From NCBI GenBank assembly GCA_045863395.1, contig BTVJ01000013.1, positions 64,001-128,000 of the forward strand: a stretch of 64,000 bases of DNA, in the 5' to 3' direction. The notes under the pieces are model-generated. The model saw only the letters and a program-made list of their open reading frames with translations, ran no database searches and was not told the DNA's origin. The number at the start of each line of letters is the position of its first letter. Within the stretch, counting starts at the first letter, position 1. The position numbers and the translations under genes are program-made. This DNA is from Myxococcales bacterium. GTDB lineage: Bacteria; Myxococcota_A; UBA9042; JABWCM01; BTVJ01. Shown piece after piece: positions 19,124 through 28,740 of this stretch.

Positions 19124-20263
19124 GTGGACTCGCCATCGAACGGAACGCAGGAGTGGACGGAGGTGGTGGCCGCCCTGCGCGGACCGCGCTCCCGCGCCGA
19201 GTCGGAGGCGCGCGCGCTCCTGTCGTTCGCGTTCGGGATCGCGCTCCTGTTCCACGCCGGCTTCCTCATCGCGGCCTGGGCTGCGCCCGAGCGCCCGAAG
19301 GAGCGTGAGGAGACCCGCGAGCGCGTCATCGAGACCCTGCGCGTGACCGAGGTGCGGCGCGAGGAACCCGCACAGCGGGAGGTCCCGGAGTGGCGAGACC
19401 CACCTCCGCACTGGGCGTCGCACGACTCCACCGCCACGGCGCCAGCACCAGCGGACGTCCGGGACGTCACGGCCGCGGAGCCTCGCCCCAGTGGCGCGGC
19501 CGATGTGGCTGAGGCGCCGCCGGGGCTCCCCGTCGCGCCGGCCGACGAGAACCTGGCCCCCCCTGGGGGGCCCACCGCAGAGGTCGTGGAACGTTCCGCG
19601 CCCGACGAGCCCGCCTCAACAGGCGTGAGCCCCTCACCCAGCCCGCCGAAGGGTGTCGCGCCCGCCCCGAAGCCCCGGCCCGGGAAGCGCGGCGCGCGGG
19701 GCGCAGGGTCAGCCAAGCCGCGCCTCAAGAGCTCCGCGAAGCTTGCAGCGCTGCTCGACTCGGGCAACGGCTTCGGGACCCTCTCGGTCCTCAGCAGCAC
19801 CGCAGTGCCGGGCTCCATGTTCGACGAGCTGGAGGGCGGCACCGGCCTCGTTGGGAGGGGCACGGGCGCAGGGCCAGGGGCGGGGGTGGGCCAGCTCGCC
19901 ATCGGAGGCGCAAGCGCCGGCCTCGGGTCCAGCGTCAGCTCCGTCGCGAGCCCCGGCGGCAACATGGGAGGCGACCCCCTCGCCCAGTACATCAAGCTCG
20001 TCACGAGGGCGCTCCGCAAGGAGCTGGTCTACCCTCGATCCGCCTCCCGCCGTCGGCTGGAGGGCACGGTCCGTCTGGAGCTGACCATCGAGGCCGACGG
20101 GACGGTCGTGAAGCGCCGCGTGGTGGGGTCCTCGGGCCACGACGTCCTCGATGAGGCCGCCCTCGCGGCGGCTGAGCGCGTCACCAAGGTTCCGAAGCCG
20201 CCCGACGCGCTCGACTGGACGCGCCGCGCCATCCGCATCCCCCTGGTCTATCGCGTGCAGTGA
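19124..20263 (+). CDS. TonB-family energy transducer protein
   Basis: TM helix containing His ('GIALLFHAGFL'), Pro/Gly-rich spacer, TonB C-terminal domain 'YPRSASRRRLEGTVRLELTIEADG.V....VVGSSGHDVLDEAAL.AA'. Start uncertain. Confidence 0.85.
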   Translation: MDSPSNGTQEWTEVVAALRGPRSRAESEARALLSFAFGIALLFHAGFLIAAWAAPERPKEREETRERVIETLRVTEVRREEPAQREVPEWRDPPPHWASHDSTATAPAPADVRDVTAAEPRPSGAADVAEAPPGLPVAPADENLAPPGGPTAEVVERSAPDEPASTGVSPSPSPPKGVAPAPKPRPGKRGARGAGSAKPRLKSSAKLAALLDSGNGFGTLSVLSSTAVPGSMFDELEGGTGLVGRGTGAGPGAGVGQLAIGGASAGLGSSVSSVASPGGNMGGDPLAQYIKLVTRALRKELVYPRSASRRRLEGTVRLELTIEADGTVVKRRVVGSSGHDVLDEAALAAAERVTKVPKPPDALDWTRRAIRIPLVYRVQ

Positions 20264-20349
20264 GCGGCGCGTGGGTCGCCCTGCGGCCGAGCTGGCGCAT
20301 GCAGCCGGGCAGAACCTGAGGCCCAACGGGGTTGTCGTGCGTTGAGCCT

Positions 20350-20377
20350 TTGTTTCGACCGGCGCGACCCGTACAAT
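20350..20377 (+). promoter_or_regulatory. Candidate sigma70-type promoter for the TPR lipoprotein
   Basis: TTGTTT, 16 nt, TACAAT (20372-20377), about 35 nt upstream of ATG 20413, which has a GGAGGT RBS. Confidence 0.35.
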
Positions 20378-20412
20378 GGGATTGGTTCACGACACAGGGA
20401 TGGAGGTGCTTC

Positions 20413-21762
20413 ATGCGCGCGACCTGGCTGGGTGTCATTGGAGCGGCGGGGGTGTTGGCGCTGGCGGCCTGTGAGCCGCCGGGGGACAGGGGAGAGGGGG
20501 TCTCCACCATCGAGGCGGAGCTGGTGGCCCAGGGCGACGAGGGGCTCGAGGCCGTAGCGCCCGTCGAGCTGGCGGACCCGGCGCTGCTCGCGGAGCCCGC
20601 GCCGGGCGCGCCGGCCTTGGAGGGGCGGGACCTGTTGGATCACGTCCGGTGGCTGGTCTCGCAGGAGCGGTACCCCGAGGCACGGGAGCTGCTCCAGGCG
20701 CAGGTGGAGGCGCAGCCGCAGGACGTGACCACGACGCTCGTGCTGGCGGGCGTGGATCTCCTCGACGAGTCCTACCGCTCGGCCTACGACCTGTCCGACG
20801 CCGCGCTGGCGGTCGCTCCCGGCGACGTCCGCCTGATGCAGACGCGGGCCCTGGCGAGCCTCCTCGACCTGGACGTGGCGACCGCGCTGGAGGACTACAA
20901 GGAGCTGGTCTCTGCCATGAAGCGCCTGGCCGAGGCGGAGGGCGCCACCGTGTGCCAGCCCATCAGCCAGTGCTGCGCGACGGCCCCCGAGGCGCTGGCC
21001 GACGCGCTCATCGGGCTCGCAACGGCCCACTACAACCTGGGTGACCTGGACGCGGCGACCGACCTGGCGGACACGGTCTTCGGGATGCGGGGCATCAACC
21101 CCGTCGGGGCCCACTTCGTGATGGCGCTGGTCCAGTCGAAGCGCGGCGACGACGCGGCGGCGCTGGCCTCCTACCAGACCATCCTGCAGACGCACCCCGG
21201 CAACCCCCTGGTGCTGAACAACGTCGGCGGCATCGCCTACCGGGCCAAGGACCTGGACGGGGCGGAGCGCCTCTTCGTGGCGACCGTAGAGAACGCGGGG
21301 GTCGACCGGCGCACCGCGGCCATCGCGTGGTCCAACCTGGGCGACGTGGCGCTCCTCCGCGGCGACTACAAGGCCGCCGAGGACAAGCTGCTGGAGGCGA
21401 CGTCCATCTCGCCCGGTTTCCCCGGCGCGTGGTTCAACCTGGCGGTCGTCTACGATCTGCTCGGTGACGACGTCCGCTCCAAGGCGCACCTCGTCGAGGG
21501 GCTCAACCGCGACGAGCAGGGCGTGTCGCGGTACAACTCGTCCCACTTCTCGCCGGAGTGGGAGGCCCACTTCGAGGGGCTGCTGGCCGAGCACGACGGG
21601 CGCGTCGGCGACGCGGTCAATCACTGGCAGGCCGTGGCCGCGGGGAACGTACCGGCGCTGCACGCCACCGCTGCACGCCACCTGGCGCGGCTCACGCCGG
21701 TGGGCGTGGAGGCTCCTGCGGGCCTCGTCTCCCCGGTCACGGGACGCATCTACATCTACTGA
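20413..21762 (+). CDS. Tetratricopeptide-repeat lipoprotein
   Basis: GGAGGT RBS; lipobox 'LAAC'; TPR motifs ('AWSNLGDVALLRGDYKAAE', 'AWFNLAVVYDLLGD', 'VLNNVGGIAYRAKDLDGAE'). Confidence 0.88.
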   Translation: MRATWLGVIGAAGVLALAACEPPGDRGEGVSTIEAELVAQGDEGLEAVAPVELADPALLAEPAPGAPALEGRDLLDHVRWLVSQERYPEARELLQAQVEAQPQDVTTTLVLAGVDLLDESYRSAYDLSDAALAVAPGDVRLMQTRALASLLDLDVATALEDYKELVSAMKRLAEAEGATVCQPISQCCATAPEALADALIGLATAHYNLGDLDAATDLADTVFGMRGINPVGAHFVMALVQSKRGDDAAALASYQTILQTHPGNPLVLNNVGGIAYRAKDLDGAERLFVATVENAGVDRRTAAIAWSNLGDVALLRGDYKAAEDKLLEATSISPGFPGAWFNLAVVYDLLGDDVRSKAHLVEGLNRDEQGVSRYNSSHFSPEWEAHFEGLLAEHDGRVGDAVNHWQAVAAGNVPALHATAARHLARLTPVGVEAPAGLVSPVTGRIYIY

Positions 21763-21810
21763 GCCTGACGCGGCCTCGGAGAGTTGCGTCCAGCCCCCGC
21801 ACGGGGGAAC

Positions 21811-23442
21811 ATGCCGCGGATGCGCGCTCCCCCCCGCCTCCCGGTCCTCGCCACCTGCGCCGCCGCCGCGGCCCTCGTGCTCTGGCCCCTGGCGACCCTG
21901 CCGTGGTTCGAGCAGCACGAGGGGACACGCTACTTCATCCGCCTCGTCGCCCTCGCTCGGAACCTGGTCGCTCAGGGAGGGCACCCCACCTGGATCCCAG
22001 AGCTGGCCGGCGGCCACGGCTATCCGCTCTTCGGCTTCTACAGCCCCGGCGTCCTCACCCTGGCGCTCCCGTTTCTCCCCCTCGGGCCGGTGGCGGCCAT
22101 CAAGGCGGTCCTCTTCCTCGCGCTGACCTTCGGCGCGTTCGGGCTCTACCTGCTGGGCGAGCGCCTGCACGGCCCTGCCGGCGGCACCCTGACCGCGGCG
22201 CTCGGGGTGGGTGCCCCCTACGCCATGGCGGACCTGTTCACCCGGGGCGACGTCGCGGAGTACGTGGCCCTCTGCGCGGCCCCCTGGCTGCTGCTGCTGG
22301 CCGTTCGCACAGTCGAGGAGGGGAGACGCCGCGACCACTGGCTCCTCGCCCTCGGCTACGGGCTGTTCGTCCCCCTGCACACCGTCTCGGCGCTGCTCTG
22401 GAGCGGTGTCCTCGTGGCCCTGCTCCTCGTGATGGCACTCGCGCGGCGCCAGGGTCCGCGGCGCATCGCGGCGTATGGTGGCGCGCTGGCGCTCGGGCTC
22501 GCCCTGTCTGCGTGGTACTGGCTCCCGGCCATGGCGGAGCGGGGCCTCATCCACCAGGAGGTGCTCCGCGAGGGGTACTTCGACTTCCGGCGCAACTTCC
22601 TCCCGTCGCCGCTCTTCGGACCGCAGAGCGTCTCCGAGCCGCCCATGTACCTGGGGTGGCCGCTGCTCTTGGGGGCGGCGGTGGGGCTCGCGGCGGCCCT
22701 GCGCTCCGAGCGCCGGGCAGACACCCTCGCTCTCGTCGCCCTCGGTGCGGTGCTCACGTGGCTGACCACAGAGTCGGCAGCCGCGGTCTGGGAGACGGCG
22801 CCGCTCCTGTCCTTCGCCCAGTTCCCGTGGCGACTCCTCGGGCCGGCCTCCGTGCTCCTCGCCCTCGCGGCCGCGGGCGCCGCCACGCCGATCCCATCGC
22901 GGCACGGCCGGATGCTCCCCCCCGCAGCGCTCCTCTTCGTCTTCGTGATGGCCCCCGACTCGCGGTTGCTGCGCCCCCTCCCCGTCGAGCCGAGCGAGCT
23001 GGACCTCGACCACCTTGCGCGCACCCGCGTGGAGCTCTTGGGCTACGGCGAGTACGCGCCCGCCACCATGCCGCTGGACTCGCCCCCCCCACCGGGGGAG
23101 CCGCTGGCGTGGCTGGCGGGTGAGGGGTCCGCAGACGCGAGCATGGACGGGGTCCGCGTACGGGTGGAGGTCCAGTCCGAGGGCACCACCCTGACCCTCT
23201 CGCAGCTCCACTTTCCCGGGTGGGTGGTGACCGTCGATGGCGCGGTGGTGCCTCACTCCCACGACGCGAAAGGGCGCATGGTGGTGGAGGTGCCCGCAGG
23301 GCGCCGCGTGGTGGAGGCGCGCTTCCGGGACACCCCGATTCGCGCCGCTGCGAAGTGGGTGTCTCTGCTGGCGGTGGGGGCTCTCGCATTCGGTGTCTGG
23401 CGAACCACGCGCGCCCACCGTCCTCGCCCGATTCAGGGGTGA
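21811..23442 (+). CDS. Polytopic membrane protein, GT-C fold glycosyltransferase-like (PTPS-related / YfhO-like)
   Basis: 'PTWIPELAGGHGYPLFGFYSP', 'RGDVAEY', 'LSAWYWLPA', 'QFPWR', C-terminal 'FPGWVVTVDG...VPAGRRVVEARF'; about 11-12 TM segments. Confidence 0.8.
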   Translation: MPRMRAPPRLPVLATCAAAAALVLWPLATLPWFEQHEGTRYFIRLVALARNLVAQGGHPTWIPELAGGHGYPLFGFYSPGVLTLALPFLPLGPVAAIKAVLFLALTFGAFGLYLLGERLHGPAGGTLTAALGVGAPYAMADLFTRGDVAEYVALCAAPWLLLLAVRTVEEGRRRDHWLLALGYGLFVPLHTVSALLWSGVLVALLLVMALARRQGPRRIAAYGGALALGLALSAWYWLPAMAERGLIHQEVLREGYFDFRRNFLPSPLFGPQSVSEPPMYLGWPLLLGAAVGLAAALRSERRADTLALVALGAVLTWLTTESAAAVWETAPLLSFAQFPWRLLGPASVLLALAAAGAATPIPSRHGRMLPPAALLFVFVMAPDSRLLRPLPVEPSELDLDHLARTRVELLGYGEYAPATMPLDSPPPPGEPLAWLAGEGSADASMDGVRVRVEVQSEGTTLTLSQLHFPGWVVTVDGAVVPHSHDAKGRMVVEVPAGRRVVEARFRDTPIRAAAKWVSLLAVGALAFGVWRTTRAHRPRPIQG

Positions 23443-23502
23443 CAAACCGGGGCCCCCGGTGTAGTGGTTGCGGGGGGGCCACTGAGCCGGGAGGATACAG
23501 CA

Positions 23503-26500
23503 ATGAAGAGCGAGAGATTGGTGGCGCTGATCTGCGCGGTAGCGACCTTGTTGGCGGTTTCGTGTGGAGGCGGCCATGACGTGGCATCAGACATCACGAT
23601 ACCGTCTGACACGGGCTCAGGAGGCGATGGCGACACCCTGGGAGCCGATGCCACCGATGACTCCGGCGGCGCCGCGGGCGACGCGGCCATAGATGACACA
23701 GCGGACGCTACCTCCGCGGCAGACGCCGGAGACTCCACGCCGTCGCCAGATTCGGGCGACTCGGCAAACGCAGACACCGCCCAGCCGGGCTGCGGGTCGG
23801 ACGCAGACTGCCCGGCAACGCAGCACTGCGGCGCCGGCGCCTGCATCGACGATATCTGCGCTCAGGGCACGGTCGCCTGCAAGGACGGCGACATCTGGGA
23901 GTGCAACGCCAGCGGCAGCGGCGAGACCAAGGCCGCCGACTGCCAGGGGCTCGGCTGCGAGGACGCGGCGTGCCTGGGCCCTGCGTGGATTGAGATCGCG
24001 CCCCTGGGCACCGACATCGTGGCGGTCGGGCAGAGCCTGACGCTGACCGCAACCGCATGGGATCCCGCGGGCGCCCCCGTCTCCGTCCCGATCACCTGGG
24101 CGTCCAGCGACCCGACCATCCTCGACGCGACCGGGGCCGGCGTGGTCACGGGCCTCGTCGCGGGTGGCGGCGACAAGCTGGCGCCCGACGGGACTCTGGT
24201 GGTGACCGCCACGGCCGGCGGCACCACCGAGAGCATCGCCCTCCAGGTGGTGCAGCTCGACCAGGGCTCGGGGCTCCAGTTCGTGCAGGTGGCGTTGTCC
24301 GCCGACCCGGGCTCGGACGGCCGCGCCCACTACGACGGCGTCTACCAGACGAAGACGAGCCCCCCGGTCAACGCGTGCAACCCTTACGGCGCAGGGCCCT
24401 GCTCGTGGCACGTCGCCGATGCCCGCGTGTTTGCCGGCGCCGACATCGAGGTCCAGGCGCTCGGCGCAGGCAAGTGGTCCTCCTTCGGCAAGGGGCTCCT
24501 CGAGTACCCGGCCCTGGTCAACGCCGATGGGCTCGCCGTCGCCCCACCGGCACCTCGCCCCCTCGCGATCACGTGGAGCAGCAGCGATCCTGCCGTCGCC
24601 GTCGTCGAGGGTGGCTTCGTGCGCGGCGTCTCCCCGGGGGCGGCGACCATCGGCGCCACCATCGGGCCCCAGACGTGGACCCTGGACGTGGTGGTCTATG
24701 ATCAATACGGCTACCACCCCACCGACGGCTTCGTCTCGGGCGTGGATCCCGAGGACGGCCACCTCGTCCTGTTCAGCTCATCGGCGGGCGCGGCCATCGC
24801 GGGCACCCACGACGCCGTCCGCTACGTCGACCTGGCCGACTACCGCAACCTGGACTTCCGCCCGAGCCAGCACGGCCCGCAGGGTGTCCGGCTGGTGGAG
24901 CACCTGGGCGGCACCTTCGAGAAGCACCCCGGCTTCGGCTGCGGCATGGTCCAGGGGGCGGGCTCCGTCGTGTGGCTCTTCAACGGGTGGACGGCGATCC
25001 CCTTCGACACCGCCACGGCGACCCAGGTGGGCGGGCTGCACAAGGTCATGTGGCGCCCCGACGGGGCCGCGACGGGCGCCAACGCCGTGTGCAGCGGCGT
25101 GTTCGTGAAGGCTGGCGGGCGCGACTGGCTGATCGGCTTCGACGCCAAGCCGACCACCTACGCTGCCTTCGTGGCGGACGTCACCGATCTCGTCACGGGC
25201 GACGTGACCGCCATCGGTGTCGACGACGCGCTGTTCACCCAGAGCCCCGCGCTGGAGTTCTACAGCCCGACGCTGTGGGACGACGGGGCTGACCAGTGGC
25301 TCCTCTTCATGGAGCAGACGCCCAAGAACGACGCGACCAAGCCCAACAAGCTGCGCGCCGCGCGCCTCACGGCGAGCGGCGGGAGCCTCCTCGTCGAGCC
25401 GGACACGACGCGGACCATCGAGACGGCCCCTACGCCCAACGCCCCCGACGACCAGGGAGAGGCGCCGGCGCTGATCGTGGCCAGCGCGGGCGGTGCTCCC
25501 TTCGTGTTCGTCGGCAACAAGGATGGCGTCACGGTGATTGACGCCGTGGCCTGGGACATCGTCCACATGGGTCCGGCGGGCTCCATCGACCCGGCGCTCC
25601 AGGACCTGGACACGCGGCGCTTCGGCCAGAATATCAAGGCCTTCGCGCTCTCGCCGGACGGCGCAACGCTGTACGCGCTCCCCGAGACCTCCTACCCCGT
25701 GGCGCCCTTCTTCAACACCAAGGTGGAGTGGAAGAACGCGAACGGCGCCACCCAGTCCACGAACATGACCGTCCACCGCCTCGCCCTCATCGATCTCACG
25801 GGCGCGCTGCCCCGCCTGATGGTGGACCCGGCGACGGACCCGAGCGAGTGCTTCCTCGTCGCCGGGTGCACGGCGGAGCAGCGGCAGTACGGGTATGACC
25901 TGAACCTGCTCGCGCTCAAGCGGTGGATGCTCGACACCGGCTTCGCCCCGAGCACCGGCGCCATCCTGCCGCCCCAGGCGATGAACGTGCGTCAGCTCGC
26001 GGTCGGCGAGAACGCCGTGTTCCTCATCGGGCGCGACAACCCGGACGGCGTCGGCACGGCGCTCGGCAACCTGTCCGACGTGGCCGTCATCGATCTCGCG
26101 ACCGGGCGCATGCCGGTGTTCCGCGGGTGGCGCAGCGACCCGGGCAAGCTGCTCGGCCTGTCGGACCCCTTCGGCTTCCGGGTCGGCGAGGGGGACGCGC
26201 TGCTCGGCGACGCCCGCGTGAAGAACGCCGGAGTCCTCTATGTGGCCGGCCCCCCGCCGGCCGAGAAGGCGGGAGACGGCGCCCCCCACGGCGAGGACGC
26301 CCCCATGGAGCACACCGGGGCCTACGCCGACGCGCCGGCACCAGCGTCCGAGCCAGGTCACCTGCTGCTGCTGTCGTCCTCTCACCAGAAGGCGAGCGAC
26401 GGCACCCACGACGTCGTCCGGCGCCTCGATCTCTCCAAGGCCGACTGGCCGGAGCAGGACTTCGATCCGGCGACCGCAGGGGCTCAAGGCAAGGGGCTGA

Positions 26501-27759
26501 CCTACCACGTAAAGGGCGAGACCATCCCCTGGTCTGGCGGCTGCGGCGTGATCCGGGGCCTGGGCAGCGAGGTGTGGCTCTTCAACGGTGACGCAGCGGT
26601 GCGCTTCGACACGGCGACCCTGACGCAGGGCACGGGCCAGGTGACCTTCGACCCCGACCCTGCGAACCCCACGGCGCGTGTCTGCACGGGCGCGCTGGCG
26701 CAGGTGGGCGGCAAGACGCTCCTGTACGGGGTCAACGTGGATCTGAAGCCCACCCCGCTCCTCTTCGTGGCCGACGTGACGGGCCTCTCCGGGAACGTGG
26801 CGGCGGCTCCGGTCACCAGCCCCTTCTTCGCCCCGATGCCAGGCGCGGACCCTTACACCGTCCGGTACGTGCAGGCGCTCATCCACGACGGGGAGCTGTG
26901 GCTCCTCGAGCGCAACGACCCCTGGAACAACCTGCGCAACGCCGTCCACCGGGCCCCGATCGGCGCCGACGGGAGCCTGGCCTTCGACATGAGCCGCGCG
27001 TCGGACATCGTCGCAGGCTGGACCACCAGCGGAGACCCGGGGATGGTCCTCGCCCCCGTCCTCGGCACGCCCCACCTGTTCGTCGGCAACCAGGGGTCGA
27101 TCAGCGTCTTCGACGTGTCCGGGCCACCGGTGCGCCTCAACTACAACACGGACGGCGATGGCGTGCAGGACGACCTGGACACCGCCTGGTATGGCCGCGG
27201 CATCCAGGCCTTCGCGGTCTCGCCGGACGGGGCGCGGCTGTACGCGCTCCCCTGGGAGAAGAGCGGCGCGCTCCCCCATGCGACGTTCACGGTTCCCCTC
27301 GTGGGCGGGGGCAAGGCCAAGACCACCGCGGACCGCTACCGGGCGGTGGTCATCGATCTGACCAAGGCGCTGCCCGTGCCCGACCCGGCGGTCAACAACG
27401 GCAACGGCGTCGATCTCAACTGGTACTGGTTCAAGCAGCTCATCGCGGCGTCGGGCGCCTCACCGCTGCCGCCCATGTTCCCGACCTACCGCCGGCAGCT
27501 CGCGGCGTCGGCGAAGTCGCTGTTCCTGGTCGGCTTCGACAACGACGACGGCGCCGGCTCTGCGCTGGCCAACGGGGCGGACGTCGCGACCTTCGACCTG
27601 GCCACCGGCAAGGGGCACCTCTGGCGCGGCTACGAGTACCAGGGCATCTCCAACGCCGCGGGCCTGTGGGGCTATGACCTGGGCGTGAGCGGCGGCGTGG
27701 ACGACGCGAACCTCAAGGGCGGGCGTGCGAAGAACGCGGGGGTGCTGTTCGTGCCGTAG
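23503..27759 (+). CDS. Large surface lipoprotein (1418 aa): acidic linker, Cys-rich module, Ig-like (Big_2) domain(s), two tandem copies of a ~480-aa probable beta-propeller unit
   Basis: GGAGG RBS, lipobox 'LAVSC'; 'ITWASSDPTILD' and 'ITWSSSDPAVAVV..GFVRGVSPGAATI' Big_2 motifs; internal duplication visible by eye. Confidence 0.8.
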   Translation: MKSERLVALICAVATLLAVSCGGGHDVASDITIPSDTGSGGDGDTLGADATDDSGGAAGDAAIDDTADATSAADAGDSTPSPDSGDSANADTAQPGCGSDADCPATQHCGAGACIDDICAQGTVACKDGDIWECNASGSGETKAADCQGLGCEDAACLGPAWIEIAPLGTDIVAVGQSLTLTATAWDPAGAPVSVPITWASSDPTILDATGAGVVTGLVAGGGDKLAPDGTLVVTATAGGTTESIALQVVQLDQGSGLQFVQVALSADPGSDGRAHYDGVYQTKTSPPVNACNPYGAGPCSWHVADARVFAGADIEVQALGAGKWSSFGKGLLEYPALVNADGLAVAPPAPRPLAITWSSSDPAVAVVEGGFVRGVSPGAATIGATIGPQTWTLDVVVYDQYGYHPTDGFVSGVDPEDGHLVLFSSSAGAAIAGTHDAVRYVDLADYRNLDFRPSQHGPQGVRLVEHLGGTFEKHPGFGCGMVQGAGSVVWLFNGWTAIPFDTATATQVGGLHKVMWRPDGAATGANAVCSGVFVKAGGRDWLIGFDAKPTTYAAFVADVTDLVTGDVTAIGVDDALFTQSPALEFYSPTLWDDGADQWLLFMEQTPKNDATKPNKLRAARLTASGGSLLVEPDTTRTIETAPTPNAPDDQGEAPALIVASAGGAPFVFVGNKDGVTVIDAVAWDIVHMGPAGSIDPALQDLDTRRFGQNIKAFALSPDGATLYALPETSYPVAPFFNTKVEWKNANGATQSTNMTVHRLALIDLTGALPRLMVDPATDPSECFLVAGCTAEQRQYGYDLNLLALKRWMLDTGFAPSTGAILPPQAMNVRQLAVGENAVFLIGRDNPDGVGTALGNLSDVAVIDLATGRMPVFRGWRSDPGKLLGLSDPFGFRVGEGDALLGDARVKNAGVLYVAGPPPAEKAGDGAPHGEDAPMEHTGAYADAPAPASEPGHLLLLSSSHQKASDGTHDVVRRLDLSKADWPEQDFDPATAGAQGKGLTYHVKGETIPWSGGCGVIRGLGSEVWLFNGDAAVRFDTATLTQGTGQVTFDPDPANPTARVCTGALAQVGGKTLLYGVNVDLKPTPLLFVADVTGLSGNVAAAPVTSPFFAPMPGADPYTVRYVQALIHDGELWLLERNDPWNNLRNAVHRAPIGADGSLAFDMSRASDIVAGWTTSGDPGMVLAPVLGTPHLFVGNQGSISVFDVSGPPVRLNYNTDGDGVQDDLDTAWYGRGIQAFAVSPDGARLYALPWEKSGALPHATFTVPLVGGGKAKTTADRYRAVVIDLTKALPVPDPAVNNGNGVDLNWYWFKQLIAASGASPLPPMFPTYRRQLAASAKSLFLVGFDNDDGAGSALANGADVATFDLATGKGHLWRGYEYQGISNAAGLWGYDLGVSGGVDDANLKGGRAKNAGVLFVP

Positions 27760-27773
27760 GGCGCGAAGGGGGG

Positions 27774-28559
27774 TCAGGTGGGGTCCTCGATGCCGTGCTG
27801 GCGGAGCAACGCCAGGAGCCGCTCCGCCCGCTCGCGCTCCGCTTCCGCGCGCGCGTGCTCCGACTCGGCGCGCTCGCGCTCGGCCTCGGCGCGCGCGCGC
27901 TCGGCCTCGGCGCGCTCCGCCCCGGTCGGGACCGGCTCCCCGTCGAGGTGCCAGCGGAGCCAGCGGGCCCTCACGCCCTCGAAGGTGCCCTCCCAGGGGC
28001 GGAGCTCCAGCCCTACGTTCGGGAACACGAGCGGCGACATGGTCACGTACAGGTCGCCGCTCAGGCGGAAGCCGACGAGCTCCTCGGACAGGGCGATGAG
28101 CGCCGGGTCCCACACCACGTAGTAGGCGACCCGCATGCGCGCGTAGCCGCGGCGCCGCTTCTTGAGCTCGCCGCCCTTGCGGTTGGACACGACCTCGATG
28201 ACCACGTCCGGGGGCTTGCCCATCTCCCAGACGAAGTAGGTGTTGTGGCGTTTCTCGGCCGCGAAGTCGGGATTCACCGCCACATCGAGGCTGAGCATCG
28301 CGTCCGGCACCAGCGGGCGCTCGGCGGGCGAGGAAAACACCCCCACGTTGGCCATGGCCACGAAGGATCGACGCCCGCCCTCCTCGTCGAGGGGACCGGA
28401 CCACGAGGAGAAGAGGGGCTCGGTGAGCAGGCGCTGCTGCTTCTCGGAGTAGATCCCGTCCACGGGCTCGTCGTCCTCGATCTCGATGTGGCTGATGTCG
28501 GGCGGCTCGACGAGCGGCTCGTCCGGCGGTGGCTTCAGGTTGGCGAAGGGGTCGATCAT
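27774..28559 (-). CDS. Uma2 (DUF820) family PD-(D/E)XK endonuclease-like protein with C-terminal coiled coil
   Basis: 'LVPDAMLSLDV', 'GKPPDVVIEVVS', 'YYVVWDP', 'WLRW...G.PVPTGAERAEAERARAE...RAERLLALLRQHGIE'. Confidence 0.88.
   Translation of the reverse strand: MIDPFANLKPPPDEPLVEPPDISHIEIEDDEPVDGIYSEKQQRLLTEPLFSSWSGPLDEEGGRRSFVAMANVGVFSSPAERPLVPDAMLSLDVAVNPDFAAEKRHNTYFVWEMGKPPDVVIEVVSNRKGGELKKRRRGYARMRVAYYVVWDPALIALSEELVGFRLSGDLYVTMSPLVFPNVGLELRPWEGTFEGVRARWLRWHLDGEPVPTGAERAEAERARAEAERERAESEHARAEAERERAERLLALLRQHGIEDPT
27822..27921 (-). repeat. Imperfect heptad (21-nt) coding repeat, RAEAE(R/H)-type
   Basis: ERAEAER-ARAEAER-ERAESEH-ARAEAER-ERAER within the Uma2 C-terminus. Confidence 0.7.
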
Positions 28560-28640
28560 GGGGACAGGATGGGAGAGTCCCGCGGGCGGGTCAAGGGTGA
28601 TCATGGCGACGGGAGGGGACCTCCACGCGGCCGCCCGCAG

Positions 28641-28668
28641 TTGCCTTCCGCTCCCTGGTCTGTATCAT
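28641..28668 (+). promoter_or_regulatory. Candidate sigma70-type promoter for the YARHG gene
   Basis: TTGCCT, 16 nt, TATCAT. Confidence 0.35.
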
Positions 28669-28740
28669 CGTGCAGGCCCGGCGCCGTCGGGACAAGCCAG
28701 ACAACCTGCGCCTCCCCGCGCCCCACCGATGGAGCTCCTC

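Noticed and set aside
19124..21762. TonB plus TPR genes as a TonB-dependent uptake or gliding-motility locus
   Set aside because: No ExbB/ExbD, TonB-dependent receptor or other Agl/Glt genes are adjacent, so a system cannot be inferred
20248..23577. 1109-aa minus-strand ORF
   Set aside because: Antisense shadow of the TPR and GT-C genes; Arg/Gly-rich with no domain signal
27774..28559. Uma2 nuclease as a defence system or mobile-element marker
   Set aside because: Solitary gene with no methylase, toxin-antitoxin partner, terminal repeats or integrase; the family is commonly expanded as standalone genes
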